DNA of 64,000 bases. Origin: Octopus vulgaris. Lineage: Eukaryota. The notes below the pieces were generated by a model that did no database searches, was not told where the DNA came from, and saw only the letters and a program-made list of their open reading frames with translations. Shown here piece after piece: positions 53,170 to 64,000 of the stretch. The translations under genes and the position numbers were made by a program. The stretch lies in NCBI GenBank assembly GCA_951406725.2, contig OX597818.1, positions 143,840,001 through 143,904,000 on the forward strand, in the 5' to 3' direction. The number at the start of each line of letters is the position of its first letter. The first letter of the stretch is position 1.

Positions 53170-55640
53170 ACTCATTCATCTCTCGACAAATTTGCTGGGT
53201 GGCAGCACTTACATCCGCATCCTCATTTTTCTCTTCAAATGAAATGTGAGAGAGTTGATGAGAGCTCGGCCGAGAACTGAAGTCTGTCTTGAGTCTGTCT
53301 TCAACTCTTTCAATGTAGTCCACTGCACAACATTTTAGCTAAGTCATCGGACAGATAAAAAGATAAATACTGCCTGTCCAGAGGAAGGCGTCCGAACCAT
53401 CCTTACAATGGAGTTAGCTGATAGTTGGATCCGCTCTACAAGTGACAGCAAATTTCTGACTTAACTCCACAATCCAACAATACTTTGACAGTGAATGAAT
53501 GCTCGCAAAAGTTTCGTCGCTCCGCGCCTATATTGGGTGTGGACCGGTTGACGCCACTTCCGCGCCTATATTGGGTGTGGACCGGTTGACGCCACTTCCG
53601 CGCCTATATTGGGTGTGGACCGGTTGACGTCACTTCCGCGCCTATATTGGGTGTGGACCGGTTGACGTCACTTCCGCGCCTGTAGAGCTTATCTCGAAAT
53701 GGGTAGTGAGCGCCTGACTCCGTTGCATCCAGTATCATGTTTCCTTCTCTCAGGATTGCAGCTCTGTCAAGATGACTTTCGGAAAGACTTGCTTCATAAA
53801 CAGTACCCACATCCGTTCACCGTCTAAGGATGCCTACAGGTTGCGCAGGTTCAGCGCGTCTCGGCAGCTAGAACTTTTCTAATACGCCATTAAGAGGTTG
53901 CTAGCATTAGACAGAGCATCTGACAAATGGAACGCGTCACTTCCACAAGCAATTGAATAGCAGACAAGGTAATAATTAGGACAAGGCACGAAGATCAGGT
54001 GGTAAACAATAACAGAATCAATGTTGTCATTCGTTATCACTGCCCTGTCTTTTAGAAGCAGCTTCCTTTCGGCCCATTCCTGAGCAAGACTTTCCACCTT
54101 TTTTTGTTAGCTCATCCCAGTTCCGGTCCACCAGAGGGTCAGGTCAGTTTAACAGGTCCGTCAGTGTAACGCTTCACGACTCCTTCCTACGGCATGGACC
54201 ATCCCTGGTACGGAGTTGTAAGACCACCGACATCTCCGGGTTGATTTTGACTCCTGTCACAGTCTTATATTTCTTTAAAAAGATGGTAACTGCTTGCACT
54301 TCGGTAACACCTGAATCTATGACGAGGACGTCGTCCACATAAGCCGATATGGCCCTCCCAGTTTCAAGTTCAAAAGAAATGCCTCTCAGCTGTTCCAACT
54401 TCTGCTGCAGTTACTCAAAAGTCACCACGTACAGAAGAAACGAGAGAAGCGGCTCTGTGGAACTGAGCCTGCGATACGAAACTATTCAGTAAGACGCCCC
54501 CGTTTACGTTAATCACGCATTACAGCAAACCAGCCTCTGAAAACGGGTCAGAATCTGACAGCTTTCTGGCGGCTTCCAAGTAACGATAGTCGATACTATC
54601 TAAAGTTTTCGACTGATCTTAGTTGATTAAACCCACTGAAGCCAGTTTTGTTCCCAACCATCTTCATGATGTATGGCATAAGGTGGAGGTTATTGGATAC
54701 GGACCAGTTCAGGATTGTGCACGTTTGCTTTCCCTCGACCCGACCACCGACAACAAACACCAACCTTTTCGCTAATACCTTAGCCAAAATTTTTAACTCT
54801 GTATTTAGCAGAATTATGGCCCAAAAACTACCCATAACATCCCCTTTCTCAGCGTCTTTTCTCAGCAGTGTTACCACTCCCGGCTTACAGCATTCAGAAT
54901 TCTCCAATTCTGGTGTCAGTTGCAGTAGGGATCTGCCAAGGGATCACCAAACTTATCGGCTTTTTGCAATATTTCATGGTCTTCTGCCAAAAATCATGAC
55001 AGGTTATCAAGGCAGGAAATAAAGTCCACTGTCGATGCCCACCCATCGTCCATCCGAAATGTCAAGCGATATGCTGTTGGAAAGAGGCACACATCTGCTC
55101 CGCCATAAACTTGACTGTGGTTTTGTCACCTCACACCTTCGTCACTCAGGTCCAACGAATAGCTTTTGTTCTTTTATGTCTTAGTACATGGGCCTCAGGT
55201 CTGCTAACATACTCTTCGGGTTTGGTTTCACTCAGAAGAAATGTTCAAAGCCCATTCTCCTCGCTTGCACATCGGTTGCGATATCTTTACTTATCGTCTC
55301 TTCCAGACAGCTAACTAGTTCCCTCACTAATCGATTTCTCAATATCGCTAGTACTTTGCCAAACGCTACCGATTCTGTTCTAATCTCCCACTTTATAGCA
55401 CTCTACTTTCGGTTGTTGGTGATTGTTCCCGTTAACTGTTGATTAACTAATCCACTAATCCGCTCCCTCTAGTCTTTGTGCATTGTTAGTGATACATTCA
55501 ATTTCCTGTAAGCGGCTCCTATCTATGCTTCCTATCTAAGTCGACCAAGTAAATCTCAAATGTCTAGTCTATGTAGCTAATCAATCGGAATCGTGAACGT
55601 TCTCCTTTATTCCTATGCATTGTCCTAACAAATATTCTAC
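53170..55640 (-). mobile_element. L1/Tx1-type LINE ORF2 remnant
   Basis: GVVTLLRKD..ILLNTELKILAKVLAKRL, QTC..SNNLHL, ISAYVDDV, TGVKINPEMS and a zf-RVT-like PFRDKLYRRG..HSF segment. Heavily frameshifted. Confidence 0.75.
53521..53681. repeat. 38-bp minisatellite, 4.2 copies
   Basis: Unit TCCGCGCCTATATTGGGTGTGGACCGGTTGACGYCACT at 53521, 53559, 53597 and 53635, plus a partial unit at 53673. Y=C in units 1-2 and T in units 3-4. Confidence 0.95.
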
Positions 55641-57057
55641 GTAGATACCCACTGACGGCGCTCCATGTTCTCATACTGAAATTACAAGAAACTAAAGGAT
55701 ACGGTCTTTTCTCATTTAACATGAAATATTTTTAGAGACACTTATTCAAATAACTATGTATCCAATTATTGACCCGGGTATCTCCGCAATCTGTCTGACC
55801 AGGGCTGAACTGGTTCCAAACAACAATAGCGACGACGACTCAAACAACATATCCGAGGAAAACTGTGCCACTTCTTTACCGTTCACCTAAAATATCTGAA
55901 GACTTATGTCACTAAGAAAACAATATTGAGGATATAGAAACTTACCTGACCTCTCCACCACACTAGGGCGTTGATATAAGCTCTAAGGAAGTGAAAAGTA
56001 CCCCAGAGGCTGATTTTAAACAATGTCATAAACATATAATCGGAATCCAAAGAATCTGATGATGTGTCAGAAACAGCTAAGTACATTGGAGAGTTTAGGG
56101 AACATTGAAGAGTTCAGTTATCATGAAGAGGAATGAAGAATTTAATGTTTCAGTACTTTGCCCTTTATCTAATAATAAAGAAAATAGATAGATTGAAAGA
56201 GAGTGACAGAGACAGATCGAGACAGAAAGAGAGGAGGAAGGGAAGGGGATGGAGAGAGAGAGGGACAATGGTGTTATGTTGTAGATTCTGGGCAAACTTC
56301 ATTTCTCATCCACATTCAGTCAAATGGTAAGGGCTCGAAAATATATCCGTGTACACACACACACATACACACACACACACACACACATACACACACGCAC
56401 ACACACACACACACACACACAACATGCATGCACACATAGATGTATATTTGTATCTGTGTGTGTATAAATATATATACATACATACATACATACACAGACA
56501 CACACACACACACACATATATATATATCAATGTATTTGTAATGAGACTGAGGCCATAAAGCTTTTACAATTGCTGCGGTTACATATACACAGACCGACAT
56601 TCTAACGTGTACATAAGCACATAGACTCATGCATACTGACATGCATACACAATGACCCACATACACAATACATATACAATTTACATACATAATACAAGTA
56701 TATGTACACGATTACATGCGTACATTTACAAATACACACACACATGCATATACAAAATACATACATACCTACACACGCATAACGCTTCCATACAGATTCG
56801 CATATCTTCGAACACAAATCGTCACAAAATACTGACATATATACACCTAATCATATATCTTAATAGATACGTGGATACAAAAAATACTCGCACCTAAACA
56901 ATATACACACTATGAAATGTGGCGCCTCAACTTCTAGGACATTTCATTTTGATGGAAACAATTTATTCCAGGCTATACGTTACTTGGCTCTGCTCTCATA
57001 TTTTCGTTAATTGATCCAACAGCTCTTGATCATGGTGCTGCTGATGTTCCTCTTTTT

Positions 57058-57110
<53 letters not shown>

Positions 57111-57584
57111 GCTATTCTTCAGGCATGTTATTTTTTTAATTTTTAGTTATAAATTTTTCTCTTGTGTTATATTTTATCTAGTTTTTTTTTCTTGGCATAT
57201 TGAAGAAAGTTTTCTTTAACTTTGTGAGGTCAAACACACACATATTACGGGCTTCCACGCGGTTCCTTTCAACCAAATTCACTTACAAGACTTGTCAGCC
57301 CAAGGCTACAGTAGAAGACAGTTAGTTGCCCAAGGCAGTGAGATTGAACCTGAAACCACGTCTGCGTGCATATACTAACAATATATATATATATATAGTT
57401 TGTATATGCACGCAGACGTGGTTTCGAATGTGCTATGAAGATGACGAATATTATTTTCGGAATTTCTTTCGAAAGTACCGATTAACATTGGAAGCGGAAA
57501 CGGCCGTAAGAAATGTTATGTCATGTTTTCTATAAAAAAAATAATCAATTTGTTTGTTTGTTTCTCCATTTTCTGATTACTTAA

Positions 57585-57672
<88 letters not shown>

Positions 57673-57707
57673 CATATATACATATATATTTGTATTTATG
57701 AGAAAGT

Positions 57708-57759
<52 letters not shown>

Positions 57760-58006
57760 CCAAAGGACTGGCCTGTCTCATCAGCAAAGAAGCCTAGGAA
57801 AATATATATCCACGAGGCGACACCAGCGACGCTTCGAGTCTATATACTCTAAATCTTCAAAATCCACCGTCACCACGCTATCTTCTCAGCAGCAAAAATA
57901 AACTGCTGATAATTTCAAAATATTGTTGAAAATATATATATATGTATATATACATACATATATATATTTATATATACATATATACATATATATTTGTATT
58001 TATGTG

Positions 58007-58039
<33 letters not shown>

Positions 58040-58089
58040 ATGTATGTATTTATGTATGTATGTATGTATGTATGTATGTATGTATGTAT

Positions 58090-58633
58090 GTATGTTTGTG
58101 TCAGGTCACTTTCGAGTGCTACTGATAACATGTAACCCACTACAACCTGTTGCATGGTCGGGTCGTCGGCGACTAAACCGGCAAGCCCACCAAGCTTGCT
58201 TGGTGAGGAGGGTGTTTATTGGACACTCTGCGGGATGAAAAACAAAACCCGTCAAAGGGCGGAGGAACTCTTGAGAGTCAAAGGCCATCCAATAAATGTC
58301 TTAAGTCTGTATCATGCGCGGGGAAATAGAAATAATCGGACTGAATACCCGATCGCGCGGTTAAACCATTGGGAGTGAAGGACTCCTAGCCTTTGTTAGG
58401 GCATCCTTCTAGGAGAAGGTAACTCAGGTAACTGGGATAACTCCGACATAAAACCTGCGGCTCAGTGGTTACCGATGATGTTGACTTGTTCTTCTTTTCG
58501 GATTATGGCTGCTGTTGCTTAGTGAGTGGGATTGACTCAGTGTACAGCCTTTCCTCACTTTAAAAAAAATCTTCTTGCAAAGGCATTGCATGATAACAAC
58601 ATAGATTAAGCTTCGTGCAATGGTCATACTCGA
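58090..58633 (+). mobile_element. Non-coding retroposon resembling an RTE-clade 5' UTR, inserted in a (TA/TG)n tract
   Basis: GC-richer island between microsatellites. Contains GGGCATCCTTCTAGGAGAAGGTAACTC..AAACC, similar to a motif I recall from RTE leaders, and the hairpin CACCAAG-CTTG-CTTGGTG. Confidence 0.45.
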
Positions 58634-58668
58634 TAACGAGGGGGGCAGCCACCATATATGTATGTATT

Positions 58669-58712
<44 letters not shown>

Positions 58713-58836
58713 CCTATTATATTATATTAGTACCCTAGTAATTATCACTACACTGTCAGACTATTACTACCCTGCTAATTCATACAGTTGTAAATGAGAA
58801 TCATTCAATAATTACCATACAAAGATACTGTTATAT

Positions 58837-59054
58837 TACAGGACGGTCATTTTTTTCCTTGCAAAATAAACACACGCACTGTATATTCGTTCTTCATTCG
58901 TTTATTCTTCATTCTTTATTCGTTTATTATTGATCTTATTTTATCTTATGTCCATTGTCGTTTAATATTTCGGTATCATAAATAATAAACGAGTGAAAAA
59001 CGAATATATAGTGCGTGTGTTTATTTGGCAAGGCAAAAAAATGACCGTCCCGAA
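58837..59054. mobile_element. MITE / foldback element with about 65-bp TIRs
   Basis: ggacggtcattttttt..caaaataaacacacgcactgtatattcgtt (58841) pairs with aacgaatatatagtgcgtgtgtttatttgg..aaaaatgaccgtcc (ending 59050). Confidence 0.8.
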
Positions 59055-60169
59055 TGACGATTTCAATACACGATTTCACATCAGGAATCTTGCAAAACAA
59101 ATTCATATTCAAAGACAGTTTTCGTTGTAGTAGCATCAATGAAGCGAAATTATACATCATTCAATCCCATCACATACACACACATGCATACACACACGCA
59201 AACACACTCACGCACTCAGACATATTGTGTTTGTGTTTGCGTCCGTATGTGATTAGATATATGAGTGTGTGTGTGTGTGTGTATATATACATGCAAACCA
59301 TTCCACGCAACAATGCCATTCATACGTATGCAGATGCATAAATACATACGTCACTATCCAGCTGATATACTCTAAAATAAAACAATTAAACCGCTCTGTA
59401 TGTAATCATTTAATCATAAAGCAAGAAAACTTGTGCGCGGGTCAGAGTGTGGGTGTACATATTCGCTAGCAGTAATACTTGACTTTGCCTGAATTTATTG
59501 ATACCCGAAATAAATACCATCAGGTAAATTCACGTTATTTTGAGTAAATGGCTTTTAAAAGGTGCTGATAATCTATTCTTTGAAACTTAATTTAATTATT
59601 TTGAACAAAGTTAATTTTTCAGATTCAACATGTATATATATTATTTACAAAAAATATACATTGGACGAAAATTGAGGAGGAGTAAAACAGACCAGCTATT
59701 CTCATTTCAAGGCTTCCCTGGGAAACAGTATTTCTATCCACGATATTACGTTTAAATAAAGACTATTCGGGCTTCCAAGTTCTCCTTGAGTGAAGCAACA
59801 CTCTTCTATCTGCAATCCAGCCATCTTTAACCTAACCGTGACATTTATTAATAACTGAAACATCTCTTATTCATGTCATGAATATGAATAATGGGAAATA
59901 CACATTCCTCATTAAAATACAATTTTCTTTCATAGTAAGTATATATTCTTCAACATTTCCATTTCTATGAAGCATCAGAAACAGTCGCTCAGTTTCTGGC
60001 CTTGAAACACATGCAAAACTGCAACTGCTTCAGTGCAAAACTGAAATTAATTGCTGCTCAGACATGTAACTATAAATGCACTCTCACACAGGCGCGCGCG
60101 CGTTTGTAAGTATTATTTGTGCATTATTTAAAATGCACGACAATATTTTTGAAAGGCTTCGCGCAATCT

Positions 60170-60715
60170 TTTGCTTAGCTCGTGAGGCTGTCTCACCTTT
60201 TTGAAAATATTACAGACAAAGAAGCAATACGTGAAATGGGCTGAACAGATTAGCCGATATAAAGGAAAAGTCTGATAATCTAATTTCCATTAACACAGCT
60301 CTTGATGAAGTTCTCCCATTGTCCTGTTATAAAGCACCAGGTGCAGATTTAATTCCTTCTGAAATATATGCCTACAGTGGTAAAACGCAAGTTGGTAAAG
60401 AACTAAAGTATTTTCTCTTACATTGTCAAAAATGCTACAAACTTTCGCTGGAGTAGAACAAAGATTATCAACTGCTGGCAAAATCCTTGCAAGAATACAC
60501 TTGAATCAACTCATTCACTTTCTTGCCACTAACGATTTCTCACCAGAGAGCCAATGTGGCTTCCGTTATTAAAAGGGGTCCTATTGATATGATCTCCGCA
60601 GTAAGACAATACCAGGATAAGTATACAGAGCAAAATGAAGCCCCATAAATGAACTTTGTTGATTTCATGACGGCTTTCGACACAGTGTATCGTGTTGGTT
60701 TGTTAAATATGGTTA
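60170..60715 (+). mobile_element. RTE/BovB-like RT fragment
   Basis: AGKILARI..PESQCGFR..RGPIDMISAVRQYQDKYTEQN..FVDFMTAFDTVYR, with frameshifts. Confidence 0.7.
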
Positions 60716-61789
60716 TCCACCCATGTATCCATGTTATCCACCCATTGCTACTTCGCAGCTAAACAGTCGCGATGGCAGGCATCTTTCTGTACCCGAAAAT
60801 GGCTGTTACAGATAGAAATTGATATTCTGATTCTTGTGATGCCAGTCATTTTCCTGATTATACTCAGAATCAGTAAAAATCATTGACACAAAGATCAACA
60901 ACAATGTAAATAAACTGACACCACCATCACTACCGTCACACAACTCCATCGTTACCTCCGCCGCAGACTGACTTGACGGAAGAAATTCTAGAATATACGC
61001 AACGGAAAAACGTTTTACAACCACAGTTTAAAAATAATTTTTCCAACTTCTTTCAGCTATCATTAACCGGCCTTTTTGACAAGAATAAGGGGAATAGCAA
61101 TCACTCTCGCGATAAAAGTTATCAATGATATCGCTGAAGATTACAAAATGTGTAAAACCTCATATCGGAATATCGATACTTGCCTGTATTCGATTACTGT
61201 TAGTTTGAAGGATCAGCTGGGAAGATATCTGTTAAGCACTCTGCAATTAAATAACCTATCATAAGCAACCAAGATGGCTAACGTCTCTAGAAAAGGATTT
61301 ACGCCGTAGACTAGAGTGGTTAAATGTTATTATAAAGGTGAATAAACTCACAACAGCAACAACACCAGAGAGTAATTAAATAGTCCCGAAACACGGCCCA
61401 GACAGAAAAAAACTCTGCTTTTAGAGACATTTACCATATAAAGGATATGTACTCCTGTTAAGACAGGGGCACTAAATTGCACAATCCTTTGTGGGAGGGT
61501 AGACTAATTTCTTCCTATGAATTTTAGCTAAAGAAGACACGAAATTATTTTTGCAGCGGTAAATTACTTTGAGGTTACATATGTTCAAAACGTTTTGGGT
61601 AACATATAGCTATACACATGGCCATTACAAGTTTCACCTTTATACACGTTTGACATACGTAATCCACTAGCACATGACACGTTATGCTGCCACTGTAATC
61701 CATTTCATTTTATATATATATACTCCGATCTTTACATCTTTATGAACCTATCTCCTAAATTCATAGTTCTTTTGCTTTTGTAAGCTGCG

Positions 61790-62660
61790 ATGGAAGTAGC
61801 AAAAAACTTCTGGCAATAGAAATAAAGATTTAAGTGTCTGATCATGCCAACGATGGTACGAGAAAATACTCTCCTCTTGACATGGACGATCAAGTTCAGT
61901 CAATATTGAACTGATGAAAACAACAGTTGAGAAATTCTAAAGCAAATTGCACGATTATTAGCAAAATAGTTCAATTCAAGTCACACTTCGATTATAAATA
62001 CTTTCATGAACTAGGAACAGTGTCCAAACTCGGTCAATGGGTCTCTCATCATGTGACTGTTAAATTAAAGAGTTGCCTTCTACTCATCATTGAAGAGAAA
62101 CTTGCTTTCAAACCTCCCCTAGGTAGAGTCATCACAAGTAGTGAAAGTGGGTTCTATATTAATTATATGCAACGAAAACGACAAGGATTAGCTCCAAATG
62201 AAAAAGAAGCGTCCATCCCCAAACCAGAAATCCACCAGAAAATACTTATGCCCTGTGTTTGATGGGATTTGAATGGTGCCGTTTATCATGAAGTGTTAAA
62301 CCAAAATAAACAGCAATGCAGAGAAACATTGTCGTCAGTTGGAAGCATTGCACAAAAATTTGCAGAAAAAGTGACCACCATTGATGAATTATAGAGCGGT
62401 GTTTCTCTTACATGACAATGCAAGACCACATATTGCTCAAGTCACTGAGAAAAAGATTATGGCACTAAATACGGAAGTTTTACCAAGTCTTCCTTACTCT
62501 CCTGACCTTGCTACTGTTAACTAATTGTGAAGAGATTAAAAACTATATTGAGTATTTCTTCGCTTCGAAATCTGAAGAATTTTACGCCCGAGGGATCGAC
62601 AATTTGTCAGATAGATGGGATTATATTATCAATAAGGAGAAGAAATATTATCTTGATTAA
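61790..62660 (+). mobile_element. Degenerate mariner transposase (second family)
   Basis: KLGQWVSHHVT, PKPEIHQKILMPCV*WD, LLHDNARPH, LPYSPDLA and FYARGIDNLSDRWD. Confidence 0.8.
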
Positions 62661-63059
62661 ATATATGTTGCTTATCAATAACATGGTTTCGAATTAGTCC
62701 CACTGTGTGACACCTTGGGCGAGTTTCTCGTTCTATAGCCTAATGATTAGATTTGGTAAACGAAAACTGAAAGAAGCTCATGAATAAACCATTGGTTTGA
62801 GATTGAAACTATTAACAGGCTTATAATTTATGATGTAGCCTAAAATACGAAAATATTTGGGTCCTTCTTTTGTTACTTGATTTTTCCCATTATTAATTTT
62901 TTTCTTTCCTTTTTTCTCTTCATCCTTATTATTGACCGGTGGTTTGTTTTGTTTTAATTCGCTTATGATGTAGTCATGTAAACACACCCAACTCAACATG
63001 AGTAAATGAGTCGCGATCGAGACCTGAGTAAATTGTTGCATATATTATTGCATAATATA

Positions 63060-63200
63060 GCAGTGGGATCCGAGCACTGCAACACCCATGGTAGAAGTGT
63101 GTGGATCACAAGGAGGTCTATGTTGGAAAATAAATCTCATTTGGCCACATTACATGAAAGTATCTTGGTTAGCATATGAGCTTTTCAGCCGTCCTTCGTA
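63060..63200 (+). mobile_element. 3' end of a mariner with a TIR remnant
   Basis: W*KCVDHKEVYV-type C-terminus followed by cttttcagccgtccttcgTA. Confidence 0.5.
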
Positions 63201-63224
63201 CTTATATACATATAAATAAATATG

Positions 63225-63540
63225 AAATGTTATCAAAATGTTCCCGGGTTATAATTTTAAAAAATAACTCAGTTACCTAAATTTTAACATCGTCATCTTC
63301 GAAATAGTCATTTTGCGCAGCAATGCATCGGCCCCAGCATTCCTTCCACTTTTGGAATCCAGGCTGGAAGTCGTCTTCCGTAAGCGAGGCGAGGGCCTTA
63401 TGCGATTCGCTTTGGATCTCGACAACGGGGTTAAAGTGGTGACCTTTGAGCAGCATTTTCTTCTTGGGGAAGAAAGTAAGACCTGCAGGTGCTAAATCTG
63501 GCGAATACCAGGAGAGCTCAGTCACAGGGTGCATTGTCAT
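63225..63540 (-). mobile_element. Mariner transposase C-terminal fragment
   Basis: YSPDLAPAGLTFFPKKKMLLKGHHF..FQKWKECWGRCIAAQNDYFE. Confidence 0.8.
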
Positions 63541-63593
63541 CGTGAATGTCCTCCACCAATCGCTTCAAAATGCCACAGTAGAACACTCGATTG

Positions 63594-64000
63594 ACATTAT
63601 TTACATTATTTACAATTGATAGATATTTGTCCTCATCTTGTTTGTTGTTAACACAACGTTTCGGCTGATATACCTTCCAGCCTTCATCATGTGTCTTGGG
63701 GAAATTTCGGACCTAGGTTCTCATTCCTAAGGTATTTTTCATTGTTGTTATTGTTGTTGTTGATGCTTTTACTCTTGCTCTTGCTGTTGTTGTTGTCTTG
63801 CTCTTGCTCTTGTTGATGTTTTATTATTATTCAGGTCACTGCTTGGAATCGAACTCAGAATCTTGGGGTTAGTAGTCCGCGCCCTTAACCACTACGCCAT
63901 ATGGAGTGAATTTTAGGGCTTATAAATCTAATATTCTCCTATCATTCCTTAATACCGGTTCCCATACGCTGTTCATATCTGCACTCGGTCTGCTTAGGAG
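63594..64000 (-). mobile_element. Probable Penelope-like 3' terminus with tRNA-derived A/B boxes and a hammerhead motif; runs off the window edge
   Basis: Order on the minus strand: ORF end LLSRPSADMNSVWEPVLRNDRRILDL* (stop 63922-63920), A-box TGGCGTAGTGG (63899-63889), B-box GAGTTCGATTC (63856-63846), AAC/AAT-rich spacer, hammerhead fold. Confidence 0.6.
63651..63695 (-). ncRNA. Minimal type I hammerhead ribozyme-like motif (C3 mutated to A in this copy)
   Basis: ACAC-aTGATGA-a-GGCTG-gaaggtatat-CAGCC-GAAA-C-GTT-GTGT. Stem I is ACAC/GTGT, stem II is GGCTG/CAGCC, and stem III is loopless and palindromic (AACGTT). Confidence 0.7.

Noticed and set aside
53521-53681. CRISPR-like appearance of 38-bp repeats
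   Set aside because: The units are directly adjacent with no spacers, in a eukaryotic LINE context with no cas genes.
56143-56172. Degenerate hammerhead-like relic (TAGATAA..GAAAC on the minus strand)
   Set aside because: Too many core mismatches to support from this copy alone.
57765-57865. Two partial hammerhead-like halves (TTGAAGA..GAGT/ACTC-GAAGCGTC and CTGATGA) on the minus strand
   Set aside because: Neither has a complete core with closing stems.
63834-63906. Functional tRNA gene
   Set aside because: A and B boxes are present, but the acceptor, anticodon and T stems do not pair properly; it is treated as a tRNA-derived promoter.

Overview
AT-rich, microsatellite-saturated animal genomic DNA. 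The SINE families and repeat landscape suggest an octopus or other cephalopod (inference). Two host protein-coding features are supported. The first is the first coding exon of a SNAG-domain repressor gene (Snail/Scratch/Gfi type; minus strand, 6815-6653, GTAAGT donor); no zinc-finger exons were found, so they probably lie left of the window. The second is an intact, intronless 529-aa coiled-coil gene resembling a divergent CCDC151/ODAD3 (minus, 41385-42974). The rest is mostly decayed mobile DNA: R4/Dong-type, L1/Tx1 and RTE LINE remnants, a Penelope-like element split by a Mag-type Gypsy insertion, mariners, an intron-containing pogo-like transposase with a PHD finger, Tigger and Helitron relics, MITEs and many tRNA-derived SINEs. 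Most other ORFs in the track are microsatellite artefacts. The most notable observations are: a Penelope-like 3' end carrying a tRNA-type Pol III promoter followed by a minimal hammerhead ribozyme fold; a perfect 70-bp inverted templated insertion bracketing the SNAG exon; a tRNA-Glu fused to a SINE tail; a Gypsy whose gag position holds an L1/Tx1 ORF1; and a 38-bp minisatellite that multiplies an ETS-CRE composite motif. All family assignments come from motifs recognised by eye, not from database searches.
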